Shown here piece after piece: positions 43,951 through 55,340 of a DNA stretch of 64,000 nucleotides. Location of the stretch: contig JAUPSS010000003.1 in NCBI GenBank assembly GCA_040285825.1, positions 1,364,001 to 1,428,000 on the forward strand. The letters are read 5' to 3'. The translations under genes and the position numbers were made by a program. The notes below the pieces were generated by a model. It saw only the letters and a list, made by a program, of their open reading frames with translations. It did not search any database and had not been told where the DNA came from. Source of the stretch: Eukaryota sp. TZLM1-RC (lineage: Eukaryota; Protista; Metamonada: BaSk clade). Each line of letters starts with the position of its first letter. Position 1 is the stretch's first letter.

Positions 43951-45730
43951 GAACGCTTCTAGTCTTGTTCCATAGTAGTGCTCACTGAGTGCAATTTCTA
44001 GCTGATTTAGTGATGCAGAAATGTCTCTAGACCAAACTTGATTACATTCCGGACAACTGAAATAGGCGTTGTGAACTTTAACTTCACCATCAACTTCTCG
44101 ATAGATCTTTTGGTGTAGCATCTTGCAGCAGTTCACCTTTGCAGATGTCATATATTCATCTCCGATCTTCACATTAGCAAATGAGCGTGGTGTTTTCACT
44201 TTTTGACGTGATGTACCACCACCTCCATTGCCAAATCACACCTTTACTTCTCGACCGTTTGCAAATTTTTTCACTTTGCTGATAATTGAGCTGACTCTTT
44301 TCTGTTTTCTTATAAAGAAGTCAAATGTGTTTCTCCCCAATGCTTTTCGAGCACTCAGATATAATTGCTGCTTAAGCAATGATCGTCTTTCGTTAGTGCC
44401 TTCATAGTCCTTATAGTCACCGATAGTTGATATTTCAAGCAGATAATGGTTCAATTTCTGCACCTCATAAACATCTATTGATGAGTGGGTCAGTGAAGCG
44501 GAGTGATTGGTTTTTCGTTGCTTTGGTGTCAAGAAGATATTGGATACGGTCGGCCCTGAACGTGTTCCAGTGCTGGAACCACATAGATTTGAGTGGTTGG
44601 GGTCGATGGCCCAGAACACCTTTTCCATTTCGTCATCAGGTGCCTGCCACTCAGTAGCTTTTGGTTTCTGGCGAGGTCTTGGCCGTTCAACCTTGGCTCG
44701 CAGTGTGTGTTTTCTATTCCGAGTGGTTTCGTAGTAATCAAGTTCCCCTCTGGATCTCTTATCAGCCAAGGCTTCTCCAGACAATCTCACTCGTGCTGCT
44801 TTTGGCTGGGGTGAGAAAGTTATACGGACACTATCACCATTAGAAGACACAGTAGTAGTCCTTTTGTAGTAGTCATAAGCTTTTGTTCTGAAAAATAAAT
44901 AAGGGTTTTTCAAAGTTGTGTGTGATGTGTTTTTGGAGATACAAATGGTCGAGAACCCATATGGAAAAGGGAACAAAAGCAGGCTTCAAACTAGCAATAG
45001 GGGTGACTCTCTGTCGTCTGAAGGTATGCGGAAAATTTGCTCGAGGTGGTTTTCGATTGTTAATCCGCAACGAAGGATGTAGGTACTGTTTGGTTGATTA
45101 AGAATCACGCTTCGGGAAGAGTATTGTACCTTTGCAGATCTCCAACCTAAAAGTTAAATAAACTAGCAGCCAAAGTATGGTGTGTGTTGAACCAAGACAG
45201 AAGAGGTTCCCGAAAGTTGGTTTTGTTGTGAAGTACAGAGCCAGAATATGTGGCTGGTGCAGGGCAGTTAAGACCGACTGCCTACGAGCGGAAGAAGTTG
45301 AGCTTTCAAGACACAAGACCACCAGCTAGGAGCTGCTGGTAATTGTCATGCAGCTGTCGGTAGCTTGCATCCACCACTTGTTGGAAAGGCCTACTAGTGG
45401 GTAGCGCATGATTAGGCCCTTTCTTGACATGAACAAAACAGCCAACGGCCTTGATGTAGAGGTTCGCTGGAGTTTCTCACACACGTGACCTCTGTCAGGT
45501 CTGTTGAATGGATGTCTGATTTTCGGCTCAGAGACGCCACAAAGTCAAGACACTGGATCCAGAATTGATGCTGTATCAGGAAATGACTGTTTTCAAGAAA
45601 GAGTACATCAAAAACTCTGGTCAGCTGTCCATCAATATAGTCACATACTGGCTGCTCAAAGAACTGATGAAGAGAACAGGCACGTGTCCATGACTGCATA
45701 AACCCTACTGAAAGTAGAAGATTTACAGCC
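43930..45730 (-). pseudogene. near full-length decayed Fanzor (about 600 codons), 'WFGNGG' subfamily
   Basis: In order: TPIASLKPAFVPF (WED-like), SSNGDSVRITF (TDG.SV-like), FWAIDPNHSNL (RuvC-I D), GDEYMTS..NCC (RuvC-II E), CPEC..WSRDISASLN (Zn finger, RuvC-III D), TRLEAFQR tail; several stops and frameshifts. Confidence 0.85.
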
Positions 45731-46029
45731 AATCAGAAACGATTGATTTTTGAGTTTTAATTACTTATGGACTTTGGTCTATTTTCAACTTCTTACATCC
45801 ACAAAACAGTAAAACATGGACAAAATGATAAATAGACACATTTATAATGGATACTGGACCTTCTTCAATGATTATCTTGCCTAAAAGTAGTAATCTGATG
45901 TCAAATTTGATGAAGATGTAGTAAGTCACAGCTGTTGTCTGTTTACTGAAGGGGTTTGCAGATTCATTCAATGAGTTCGTATAAAATTTCACAATGTATT
46001 TCCTTCTTTCAGTTCTTCCCTTGTTGTTT

Positions 46030-46620
46030 TGGTGTAGTTTTGCGTTTTTCATTGTTGTCAACTCTGAACTACTTCGAAGTCATGCGTTTTCTTCATCTAC
46101 TTTTGGTGGAATTAATTTCGCAAAATCGTTTATTCTCTGTCAAGCTGCTTTCCTTGGTGGAGAGAAAAATTTTGTTTTTGAATTTTCCAACCGCTTTTCA
46201 AATGATGTTGATTTACTGATTTCTACTAGTAATAATTATTAAAGAGACCTTGAAAATGCTGTTGATTGTTTACCCCCTGAAATTTGGACTAAATGTCTTC
46301 TCGATAATGTACAGGAAATACTACTTAAAACAATAGTAAATTTGAGGTATTGTGTTCAAAATTGCAGCAAAAATTGACAGTAGTTTTTGAAGGTTTTGAT
46401 TATATTGTTTGACTTGGCTGGGCCAAAAATGGTAATCCCCTTTTCGCAAACTTGTTGTGAGATGCTCAAAACAGTTTTTGTTCGTGTTTTGTTACTCAGA
46501 TTCCCCAAATTTATGGTCTTCTTTTAGGTGATACCACATTTTATTGTACAATGGGCAATCGATGTTTTATTTGGCCTGATAACGTGCCGCATAATTTTAG
46601 TTGTAAATGTGGGTCCACTA
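46030..46620 (+). mobile_element. diverged CRE-like family A internal fragment (thumb to Zn knuckle)
   Basis: LRSHAF....FGGINF.KS.ILC..AFLGG matches 2890-3000; RCFIWPDNVPHNFSCKCG near 46560-46612. Confidence 0.75.
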
Positions 46621-46889
46621 CAATACCTGATATTTTTCTTTGTTTAAGAAAAGTACCTTTTTAAATAATAATTCTTTCACAATCAATCCTCATTTTAAGT
46701 ATAATTTAATTCCACTTCAGACCACTGAAATACCTGGGCATGCTTTACGGGATGCCCAGGCAATTTACAGAAATTTAATCCCAGGTTAATCCAATATCCT
46801 GAAAAATTCTGAAGCGTTACGGGTGAAAATATACAAAAATTCCAACATTAATATTGGAAACGGATAAGGTGAACGGGTAAAAGAGTTTT

Positions 46890-48039
46890 CCATCAGAAAG
46901 ATTATTGCTTTAACTTTTCTATGACTGATGGTGTAAATTGCTCATTACATCTCATACGAAGAGATAAAGCTGGGAAGAGTCGCCTCAAGAAGCCAGAAAA
47001 AGGTGAAAAAGATCCGCACTTGACTGAAATTCCACGAGATGAGCTGATCAACATTACCTTTACAGTAATTGACCCTGGCATTAAGGACCAATTGATGGCT
47101 GGGAAACGAAAATTAAATTGCCCAAATCCCAACATGTTAACTGAACCACACTCAACCCCAACAGATTCATGATTAGAATGGGACGAATGGCGTCATGAAG
47201 AAAACAAAGGAAGAAAAAGAGGTTTTATTAACAGAATGAAAAATACAAAAAGGCAAAACAAAAGATTCTAGCCTTCGGGTCAAAAAAATCCTCCTCCTGC
47301 AAATGAAAACAAGAAAACAAAATTAAAAGAATATATTTTCAAGAGGCTCACTGCTCCTCAAAGGAGAAGAGAAACTCTGAACAAAGACCATCAAAAATTC
47401 CAAAAGGATGGTAAGGAATCATGGATATATCAAAACAAAACTGTAAAGAAATGGGAAGAAGAATAAAAACAATTTTTTTAAAAAAACTCTACATCATGAA
47501 AAATTCCTAAATTACTGCAAGGCAAAAACAACTTCTCCATGTTGGAGCTTTTTACTTTAATTAAGAGTCGTGAAGCTAAGAAGATTCATGGCCACAGAGA
47601 GGTTTGAAGCAAAATGGATGAATGAATTTGAAAATAAAATTGGAGGTCCAGAAAATAACATTGTAGACTACAATTTGTAGTGATGGGTGATTGGAAGCAT
47701 ACCAATTTTAAACAACAAGCACCTACAAAGAATGTTGGTAAACGAAAGGTGTTTAAAAAAAGCAACTTCCGTCTACTGCTGCTGAACGAATATAGAACAA
47801 GTTGTCGATGTCATGCATGTGTACTCGAGGGAAAAGAAGGCGAACATGTAAAGAAGCATCGAGTACCTAACCCAGACCCGTACAGGAGAGCAAAGACTCC
47901 AACAGTCTTTAGACATGGATTACTCACTTGCAAGAAGCGTGGATGTCTATGGAGTCGTAATGCCAATGCTGTTCTTAATATGATTCATGATGTAGATCAG
48001 TATCTCAAAGGAAATGAAAGTCCTCAAACAATCCTTTGA
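46890..48039 (+). pseudogene. decayed Fanzor1 C-terminal half (second subfamily)
   Basis: MTDGVNCSLHL, TVIDPGIKD (RuvC-I), KTLHHEKFLNYCKAK, VMGDW...QAPTKNVG, LNEYRTSCRCHAC (RuvC-II), HGLLTCKKRGCLWSRNANAVLNM (RuvC-III, D>N). Confidence 0.9.
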
Positions 48040-48113
48040 AAGACCTCTAAATCATTTCATCTTCAGTAATCTCAACGGTTTACTACTATTTGACATTTTT
48101 GTGCTATTAGCCG

Positions 48114-48527
48114 ATGTCACTGCTTCAAGCTCTTCAAACAGCAGTTCAAGATACCTATTCAAACAGTGAGGATTCGTGTTCCTCGTCTGAGAATGAAGAT
48201 ATCTCAACCTTAACAGCTGAGGTCGATAAACAGATTATGGAGGAAAAGGTTCAGAAGAAGATTACACATCTACGCAAACTTAACAAGGAAAAACCTCACA
48301 AGAAACCTTCTAATGATGACGCAGCACACGAACGACATTTACTGAAACTTGGAACCAAGGGGATTGTCAAGTTTTTCAATGCTATTTCAGAACATCAGCG
48401 TCAACAGCGTTGTAGTTCTCGACCTGAAAATACACGATCATTTGCTGAACTTATTGATAGTAAAATGTCTGTTGAACCTCCAGTCAAAACTTCACGAATA
48501 TCCAATGACATATTGGATGATATTTGA
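48114..48527 (+). CDS. RRP15: ribosome biogenesis protein RRP15-like
   Basis: HERHLLKLGTKGIVKFFNAISEHQ matches the Rrp15 core E..L...AT.GVV.LFNAV...Q. Confidence 0.8.
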   Translation: MSLLQALQTAVQDTYSNSEDSCSSSENEDISTLTAEVDKQIMEEKVQKKITHLRKLNKEKPHKKPSNDDAAHERHLLKLGTKGIVKFFNAISEHQRQQRCSSRPENTRSFAELIDSKMSVEPPVKTSRISNDILDDI

Positions 48528-48629
48528 GTATTTAGTTTTATTTAGTATGTAGTTTATTATTTTTACGAATTTAGAACAAGATTTGCTTTCAAAACCTTAA
48601 TAAATAGTTACAACAGTTACAAAAAGAAA

Positions 48630-48878
48630 TTATAATGGATATACAGCAGCAATTCCAGCACCCTTGATAACACCCATTCCAAGTGAACGTTTCTTGTCAG
48701 TAACGACACTCAAATCAGAGGGATCTCTTAAAAGTTCTGACATGTCTGCAAGTACACAGTTCAGTAGTGAATCGTAGCCCTTCAAGGTTCCTGTAAACTG
48801 CCTCCCACCAGCAAGTGTTATGTGTATGTCCTTGTTGATAAATCGATGTAGATCAATGATATCTCTGCGTTGGGACAT
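48630..48878 (-). CDS. LSM7: Sm-like protein LSm7
   Basis: IIDL..F..K.I.....GGRQ.TG.LKGYD.LLN.VL....E.LRDP.D......R.LG. Confidence 0.92.
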   Translation of the reverse strand: MSQRRDIIDLHRFINKDIHITLAGGRQFTGTLKGYDSLLNCVLADMSELLRDPSDLSVVTDKKRSLGMGVIKGAGIAAVYPL

Positions 48879-49469
48879 CGGCTAACAACTATAATTTTAG
48901 GTAAAACTATTTGAGATTACTGGTGGATGAAGATGAAAAAAATCAATGTGAGGTTTTCATTTTTTTTGAGATGCCAAGAGTTGTTCATATTCTCCATTTT
49001 AGATTTCAAGTAAGTAATACATTATTACACGTATAAATCACAGTACTTAACGTTCTATTTGGTTCTAAGTCGGTCTTGTCCTGTGATGCATCATTATATT
49101 CTTTTGTAAGTCATTCACAACAATTGCTGACTTTTGTTTGTTCAAGCAGAGAAAGTCTTTGAGCTCAAGAACTCGTTCTGACAATGAAAACAAGTTGCAT
49201 ACTTCCAACAATAGCTCCTTCAATATTGTGTCAATTGTAGTTGTTTCAATTGCCCAAAATTGGACAGCATTTCACAAGTTTCAATATGGTTCTGTGTGGC
49301 ACCATTATTTTGTGAATGTAGAGAATGTCTCAACTGGTTGTTGGTACACACCTAGATTTCCTGTAGTTATCCTAAGAAACACGAAGACAAAATCAACAAA
49401 CAGCAAAGAATTCTGAATTTAAATATCAAAAACTATATCAAAAACTAAAACTAGCCTCCTAAAAACAAA

Positions 49470-52400
49470 TCATCTCCTCCTTGACTTTTTTGCTTTTGCG
49501 CCTTTCTTTGCGCCTTTTATCAGCCCACTGAACAGATCTTCCTTTTTTGTCTTCTTCTTCAACTGATTAGGTGTAAGCTTTACCACTGAAACCTTATCTA
49601 CACCCACAGCCGAGCCCTTCTTTAAGTTGTCGCCTTCGTCGTTATGTCTTCTTTTTCTGTTGCTTTTGACTTCAGATTCTACCTTGCCAGCTCTAATAAC
49701 AGTAGAAAGATCGGTAGAGTCTTCTTTTTTCTTGTCTGGACGGTCAATAACTACACGATCACGGTCGACTCTCACGTGATCATGATGACCACTTTTGACC
49801 TCCTTTTTTGAACCATTTCCAACGACCTGAACTCCCGTAATCTCCTCTTGTTCAAGCAAGTCAAACGTTCCAGGAAGGATAATTTGTTTAGGACCTTCAT
49901 GCATTTCCTCTTTTTTACTTGATTCCTTCATTTCTTTTGTCTTTCTAATTTGTCTCCTCAAATTCTTGTCGACAGCTTTAATTACCTTTGTAAAAGTGCC
50001 CAATTCAGCAATCAGACAAGCTTCTACACCAAATCTTTTAATGAATTTTTCAATAATAAAACGAATTAACTTGCTTGATTTGCTTGAATACTGATACCAA
50101 TATTGGAAATAAACCAAAACTTCAGGTAATAAAACAGAAGAAATAAGCTTTCTACCCCTATTAAACGATAAAAGCTTCTTAATTAAAACTAAAACACTTC
50201 TAAAGAATTCAAAAGATTTTTCTTCAGAGGTCAAGATACTGCTGATGTAATCACTGATCAAATTGAGTGAATCAGGAGTCAAAACAGAAGAATAATGAGC
50301 TACGAGCGCAGATAGTGCCATTACAGTAGACATTTTGTCTTCAGAATTCAACAATAATGAGCGGATCACATCATCAATTCCATCATTTTGAGCTGAATAA
50401 ATCCCCGCAATCTCAATCAGAACGTCACCTGCAGTTTTTTTGACCTTGGATGACGTGTTACAGAGACAAGAAACAGTATATTTTGCCCAATTACCTAGTA
50501 TGGTGGTATCATTAACAAAATGACATAGTGATTTTAAAAGGCGAAGGTAAGATCTTTTTTCACCTTCCTTGACAGTCAAAGGGTCAATATTGGAGGTCAA
50601 ATTAAAGACAGTTTCCTTGACTTTATTTGACTTCAAAGAGGAAAGGAAACTAGCTAATCGGAACAGTTTGTGGCGTAGTGATGAATCATCAATTGTAATC
50701 AATGACGTGATGCAATTGACAACGACAACTGCAGGTTGCTCAATCAATGATAAATCAGCATCACCTCTAAAGAAACTTGCCAAAGAAAAGACGTGGATCA
50801 AATCAGTGTAAACGTGTAGGTCAAAAAGGTCGTTGGAAGTCATCTTGTTCACGTGATTGATTGATTTTTTGATTGCTTCTGATAAAAAGTTCAAGACACC
50901 ATTGACAGGCGAAACAAAACAGACTGCATACAATGTTTCTAATAACTGTTTTCGAGTCTCACTTTTGAGCTGATTGGAGGTTTGATTGGACTTGGATGAC
51001 GTCATCAAAAGATTGATTAAAGTAACAATGATTTGTTTGCAATTGGGAAGTAATAATTTTTTATATTCCGAGGTGATGACGTGATCTACATTAACCAGCA
51101 TTGACTGCTGAGCTGTCGCTTCGTCATCACTATCATCATCACAGTCAGAATCATCTAATTCATCATCTGTCTTGAAATTTTCATCCTGATTTACTTCAAA
51201 AACTGATTGAAGTGATTCCTTTTCTGAAAAAGTCAAGCAAGATGATGTGATAAGATTGTAAAGAGATTTACAGGCAGGTAATATCATTTCTGTTGAATAG
51301 AAAGAATCCTTTAATTTAAAGCAATTTAATAAAAATTCAAAATAATTATTAATTTGATCTTTAAAGTCTCTACAATACAGACACAAAGAAGGTAAAGTTT
51401 CAATAATTTGAAAGGAAAGTAATTCAAGATCAGCAACTGCCTTCATCATTGGGTTATCACTTTTGACTGAGTTTTTGATTGTTTGAGCACGTGACTTGAT
51501 TGTCATTGATTGAGGGAGTAAATAATCAAAAAAGATTGATAGCTTTGAATTACTTGCACCCTGACCAATGCACCAAACTAACCAGGGCCTGGGGGTCAAA
51601 AGAGGGTCATTTTCAAGAAGATTCAACGGGAAAAGTTCTAAAACACGTTCAACCCCAAAACATTTGATCAAAGAAACCATCGTTGATTTGCCAACATTTA
51701 AAATAGACTCATTAAAAAAATAATCAGTGTTTTTGTCGTGATTATCTTGATTGTTACTATTCTTGGTAACATAAAGATGGGCATCATCTAAGAGTTTCCC
51801 GATGAATTGGGATAATTTTATTAAACAATTTTTATGAGATTCATTACAGATTGAAAATAGTTTACCTGAAATCGATAACAGATTGCTCCAAGCGAGCCGA
51901 GATTTAATCGAAAAACTATTTAATATTAAACTTGAAGTTTTGGTGACACATGTCAGCTCATCTTCATTTGGATTATTCGACAAAAAATTTCCTAATTTGA
52001 CCATTAATGAGTTACTTCTCTTTTGCATGGATAATATTGTTGATCTTGAATTAGAATCACATTGAGAAAGGAAAAGGGCAAGAATTTCAGGAATTTTGGA
52101 AAAAAACTGCTTTGAATGTGATTGATCGTAATCAATCTGATTGATTGCCTTACTGATGAAACTGTAAACAGAACCTAGACACTTTGGTGACGTCACATTT
52201 TGAGCTAGATTAATGAGCTCCCATGTCACCTCAAACGTGATATCTGAAACTACCTGCATTGCTAGTCCAAATGCTTTTATTATATCTTCACTTCCCTCAG
52301 AAGAGACATTCTTAATGAAAGAGAGAAGAGAAGAAGAGGGTTGGGGAGAGTCAAGGGAGAACAAACGGGGAAGAAGAAGTGAAGCACGAGAAGAAATGGT

Positions 52401-52856
52401 ATCAGAAGGGTGAGTTAGAAAGTAGAAAAGGAGGTCAGATAAAGACTTGGGTGATCGTGCAGAGAGAAGGGAAGGGGAAAGATAGGTGAGGAAAGAGACA
52501 GAAGCTGAAATAGCAGCAGGTATAACTGTTTCATCTTCAACAAAGGATTTTAGTATCTCGAGTAGGACGTCCGATGTGAGGATGGATTGTTTGATTAGAA
52601 TAGAGTCTGGTGTGACAGTGACCACGGCAGAAAAGAGGTACAAGATCGAGGAGAGTTTGGAAGTCGAATGAGAGCTTGGATTTTGGAGTAAAGAAAGTAG
52701 AGCTGCAAAGAATGAAGTAGCACTGGGAGGAAGTCCCTGTTCTTTAACCAAGGCTTCGATAGCAGAAAGTACAACAACACCCTCACCAGAATCATCTCTT
52801 GATAGAACATCATAGAAAATCCCATCTAACAATGAATCTAAATCAGTGAGATTCAT
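49470..52856 (-). CDS. RRP12: RRP12-like HEAT/ARM ribosome biogenesis protein
   Basis: VLSAIE......G........FAALLSLL N-terminus; G.E.VL...PLNL.......RPWL and L..F...LLP NUC173-type motifs; K-rich tail GAKKGAKAK. Confidence 0.75.
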   Translation of the reverse strand: MNLTDLDSLLDGIFYDVLSRDDSGEGVVVLSAIEALVKEQGLPPSATSFFAALLSLLQNPSSHSTSKLSSILYLFSAVVTVTPDSILIKQSILTSDVLLEILKSFVEDETVIPAAISASVSFLTYLSPSLLSARSPKSLSDLLFYFLTHPSDTISSRASLLLPRLFSLDSPQPSSSLLSFIKNVSSEGSEDIIKAFGLAMQVVSDITFEVTWELINLAQNVTSPKCLGSVYSFISKAINQIDYDQSHSKQFFSKIPEILALFLSQCDSNSRSTILSMQKRSNSLMVKLGNFLSNNPNEDELTCVTKTSSLILNSFSIKSRLAWSNLLSISGKLFSICNESHKNCLIKLSQFIGKLLDDAHLYVTKNSNNQDNHDKNTDYFFNESILNVGKSTMVSLIKCFGVERVLELFPLNLLENDPLLTPRPWLVWCIGQGASNSKLSIFFDYLLPQSMTIKSRAQTIKNSVKSDNPMMKAVADLELLSFQIIETLPSLCLYCRDFKDQINNYFEFLLNCFKLKDSFYSTEMILPACKSLYNLITSSCLTFSEKESLQSVFEVNQDENFKTDDELDDSDCDDDSDDEATAQQSMLVNVDHVITSEYKKLLLPNCKQIIVTLINLLMTSSKSNQTSNQLKSETRKQLLETLYAVCFVSPVNGVLNFLSEAIKKSINHVNKMTSNDLFDLHVYTDLIHVFSLASFFRGDADLSLIEQPAVVVVNCITSLITIDDSSLRHKLFRLASFLSSLKSNKVKETVFNLTSNIDPLTVKEGEKRSYLRLLKSLCHFVNDTTILGNWAKYTVSCLCNTSSKVKKTAGDVLIEIAGIYSAQNDGIDDVIRSLLLNSEDKMSTVMALSALVAHYSSVLTPDSLNLISDYISSILTSEEKSFEFFRSVLVLIKKLLSFNRGRKLISSVLLPEVLVYFQYWYQYSSKSSKLIRFIIEKFIKRFGVEACLIAELGTFTKVIKAVDKNLRRQIRKTKEMKESSKKEEMHEGPKQIILPGTFDLLEQEEITGVQVVGNGSKKEVKSGHHDHVRVDRDRVVIDRPDKKKEDSTDLSTVIRAGKVESEVKSNRKRRHNDEGDNLKKGSAVGVDKVSVVKLTPNQLKKKTKKEDLFSGLIKGAKKGAKAKKSRRR

Positions 52857-52926
52857 AGTGAGCTTGAAGTTGGAGACAATTGAAATCAGTTCATGGTTTT
52901 CGCTTCCCTTCCACACAACTTATTTG
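52857..52926. promoter_or_regulatory. 70-bp bidirectional promoter region between RRP12 and GPN3
   Basis: Divergent ATGs at 52856 (-) and 52927 (+). Confidence 0.6.
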
Positions 52927-53709
52927 ATGGGAAAAATAGCACAATTTGTCGTTGGTCCAGCTGGTTCTGGTAAGAGTACTTATTGCTGGCAAATGTCAGA
53001 GCACTTCCACACCATTGGGCGTACTGTTCATATAGTTAACTTAGATCCTGCTGCTGAGTATTTACCTTATACACCTTCTTTTGATATCCGTAATCTTATA
53101 TCTTTAGAAGATGCTATGGAGGAAATGGACTTTGGACCAAATGGAGGACTCGTCTTTTGTATGGAGTATTTACTACAGAACATGGACTGGCTGGAGGAAG
53201 AACTCGGTAGCTATGAAGATGATTACCTTCTTCTTGACTGTCCTGGTCAGGTTGAACTATACACAAATGTTCCAATGATGAGACACTTAACAAAAACCTT
53301 TGTGAACTGGGGTTACAATATGGTTGGTATCTATTGTTTGGATTCAAACATAGTCCTAGACCCATGTAGGTTTATTTCGGGTTTTCTCACATGTGTCTCT
53401 ACCATGTATCAATTCAGTCTCCCACATGTCAATGTTCTCACCAAAACTGATTTGATTGCAGACAAGTCAAAGCTGGAAGAACTAGGTCCCAGTAACCCAG
53501 ACCTTTTAGATGACTTGGATAGAATTTCTACAGGTAAATATAGGCAACTCAACAGATGCATTGTTGATGTTTTACAAGAAAACGATGTCGTTAGCTTGTT
53601 ACCTGTCAATTACAATGATGAAGATTCTTTATCTAATTTGCTGTTGCATATTGATTTAGTTTCGCAGTATTTTGATGATGCAGAAGTCAAAGAAAGTTTT
53701 ATAGATTAG
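52927..53709 (+). CDS. GPN3: GPN-loop GTPase 3
   Basis: AQFVVGPAGSGKSTYC, NLDPAAE, GPNGGLVFCMEYL, DDYLLLDCPGQVELYT, PHVNVLTKTD. Confidence 0.92.
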   Translation: MGKIAQFVVGPAGSGKSTYCWQMSEHFHTIGRTVHIVNLDPAAEYLPYTPSFDIRNLISLEDAMEEMDFGPNGGLVFCMEYLLQNMDWLEEELGSYEDDYLLLDCPGQVELYTNVPMMRHLTKTFVNWGYNMVGIYCLDSNIVLDPCRFISGFLTCVSTMYQFSLPHVNVLTKTDLIADKSKLEELGPSNPDLLDDLDRISTGKYRQLNRCIVDVLQENDVVSLLPVNYNDEDSLSNLLLHIDLVSQYFDDAEVKESFID

Positions 53710-53715
53710 TTTAAT

Positions 53716-54648
53716 TTAATCTGTTTTATCTTGCTTAAGTTTTTCCAAATCTAATAATATATTATTTTCAACGGAGTTAAAATCTTCAATCATCATTAGA
53801 TTTGTTTCTGTTAAATATCTATTTTCCTCTTTTAATTTAGCACAGTATTGGTTTAAATATACATTTGCTTCTTTTAGTTTGTTGTTATTTGCCCTACTTA
53901 AATTATAATCATCCATTGTTAAAATCTCACAACTTATCCCAACCTCAGTTACAGATTTTTCAGATATAACCTCATGTCTTTGCTCAAAAGGGGTTAGTTT
54001 GAGGTCAACTGGTAAGTGTGGACTGCTGGCTACAGGGGAAACAATTTGTGTGTTTAGGAGTCTAAACTTAGATCCAGACGATATATTTTGAGAAAGATGG
54101 GCAGTTGAACCATTATGCGTTTTGGGGGTAGCCTGATTCACAAAAGATTGACTTGGAAACGTCAACTGGTGAAGTACGTTGTGAGAGTCCTGATTCTGAC
54201 CAACATGTTGAGCATAGACGAAATCTGTCTTCTCCTCATCGTTGTCAAAGAACCTTATTCTTGCAGATGGATTAAGACTTTCTTGTAAGTCCTGTTCATG
54301 TTGGCTGACACAGTCATCATCTTGTCGTGGTGATGGGATTAGTTCATGTGAGACAGTTTTAAGCAGCTGATCTCCAGATAGATTTGGCCGTTTTCGTTTT
54401 GGCAGGGATCTTGTTAGGGGGTGACTAATCTGAGGTTGTTGACTGTGTGGATTTTGTGTGAATGGTGTTGATCGGCTCAGTGTGAGCAAATCTTTACTAA
54501 TGCCTACACGATTTGAGGAACATGGGATGTGCTGTGAATGTGAAGAAGATGCAAAGAAAGCCTTCTGAGTTGATTCGAGTAGTCTGCGTTTTCGTGCTCT
54601 TATGAAGTCAGTCAATGAAGCTGAGACATACTGGATATCAAACAGCAT
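53716..54648 (-). CDS. hypothetical protein (310 aa, disordered with C-terminal coiled coil)
   Basis: Intact ORF; stop lies 6 bp from the GPN3 stop. Confidence 0.65.
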   Translation of the reverse strand: MLFDIQYVSASLTDFIRARKRRLLESTQKAFFASSSHSQHIPCSSNRVGISKDLLTLSRSTPFTQNPHSQQPQISHPLTRSLPKRKRPNLSGDQLLKTVSHELIPSPRQDDDCVSQHEQDLQESLNPSARIRFFDNDEEKTDFVYAQHVGQNQDSHNVLHQLTFPSQSFVNQATPKTHNGSTAHLSQNISSGSKFRLLNTQIVSPVASSPHLPVDLKLTPFEQRHEVISEKSVTEVGISCEILTMDDYNLSRANNNKLKEANVYLNQYCAKLKEENRYLTETNLMMIEDFNSVENNILLDLEKLKQDKTD

Positions 54649-54944
54649 TTTAATGCTTTGCCGGGAAAATACACATAAAATAGTCCTCCACCTCCATTTC
54701 TATTGGTCTGTCACTAAGACCAACAAATCCAGTCTTTTGAATAGGCCCTTTGCATGAGTTTGCTCAAATTCAACGAACTGCCAATAAGTAGATATGACTA
54801 ACAACATCTAATAGTCATTGTCTATAACATTGTCATACAGAATGATTTTTCATTCATGATTTATAAATATCACAACGTTTATTCTGACACCAAAAAACAA
54901 CGTACTTGCATAAAAAGGTTATTTCCACTAATGTACAAAACAAG

Positions 54945-55301
54945 CTAACTTTGTTCGAACCTCTTACGACGTTTTTCAAGCTTCTCTTCTGTTTGGCCGG
55001 GCAACAATTTGGATTGAGGCTTCTGTTGAGGCTTCTTCACTTTACTAGACTGGCGCTTTCTTGATGTAGGATTGGTTCGCTTTTTTTGTTCAGTAGTGGC
55101 CTGATCAGGAATACCAAATCGCTTAGCTCTGAGAGCAAGTCTCTCGCGATCAACTGCTTTTGCAAAATCCTCCTCTGAGAGCTCTTGGCCAAATTTTTCA
55201 AGACGAGATCGGACTTTGGCCTCTGCATCTGCTTTGAGGGAAGAAGAAGGTATTTCTGATAAAGGTGTGGTATCTGAAGTAGGTTGTTGATTCTCGGACA
55301 T
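54945..55301 (-). CDS. Tho1/SARNP/MOS11-like small RNA-binding protein (no SAP domain seen)
   Basis: Repeated R..RF motifs (RLEKFG, RAKRFGIP, EKLEKRRKRF). Confidence 0.65.
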   Translation of the reverse strand: MSENQQPTSDTTPLSEIPSSSLKADAEAKVRSRLEKFGQELSEEDFAKAVDRERLALRAKRFGIPDQATTEQKKRTNPTSRKRQSSKVKKPQQKPQSKLLPGQTEEKLEKRRKRFEQS

Positions 55302-55340
55302 CAGAAATATTAATAATAGAATTTATAGAAATTCAATACT

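Noticed and set aside
44236-44238. TGA at a conserved Trp position (V*FGNGG), suggesting UGA=Trp recoding
   Set aside because: Host genes (SYF1, RRP12, RING) terminate with TGA and use TGG for Trp; the element has other stops and frameshifts, so this is decay.
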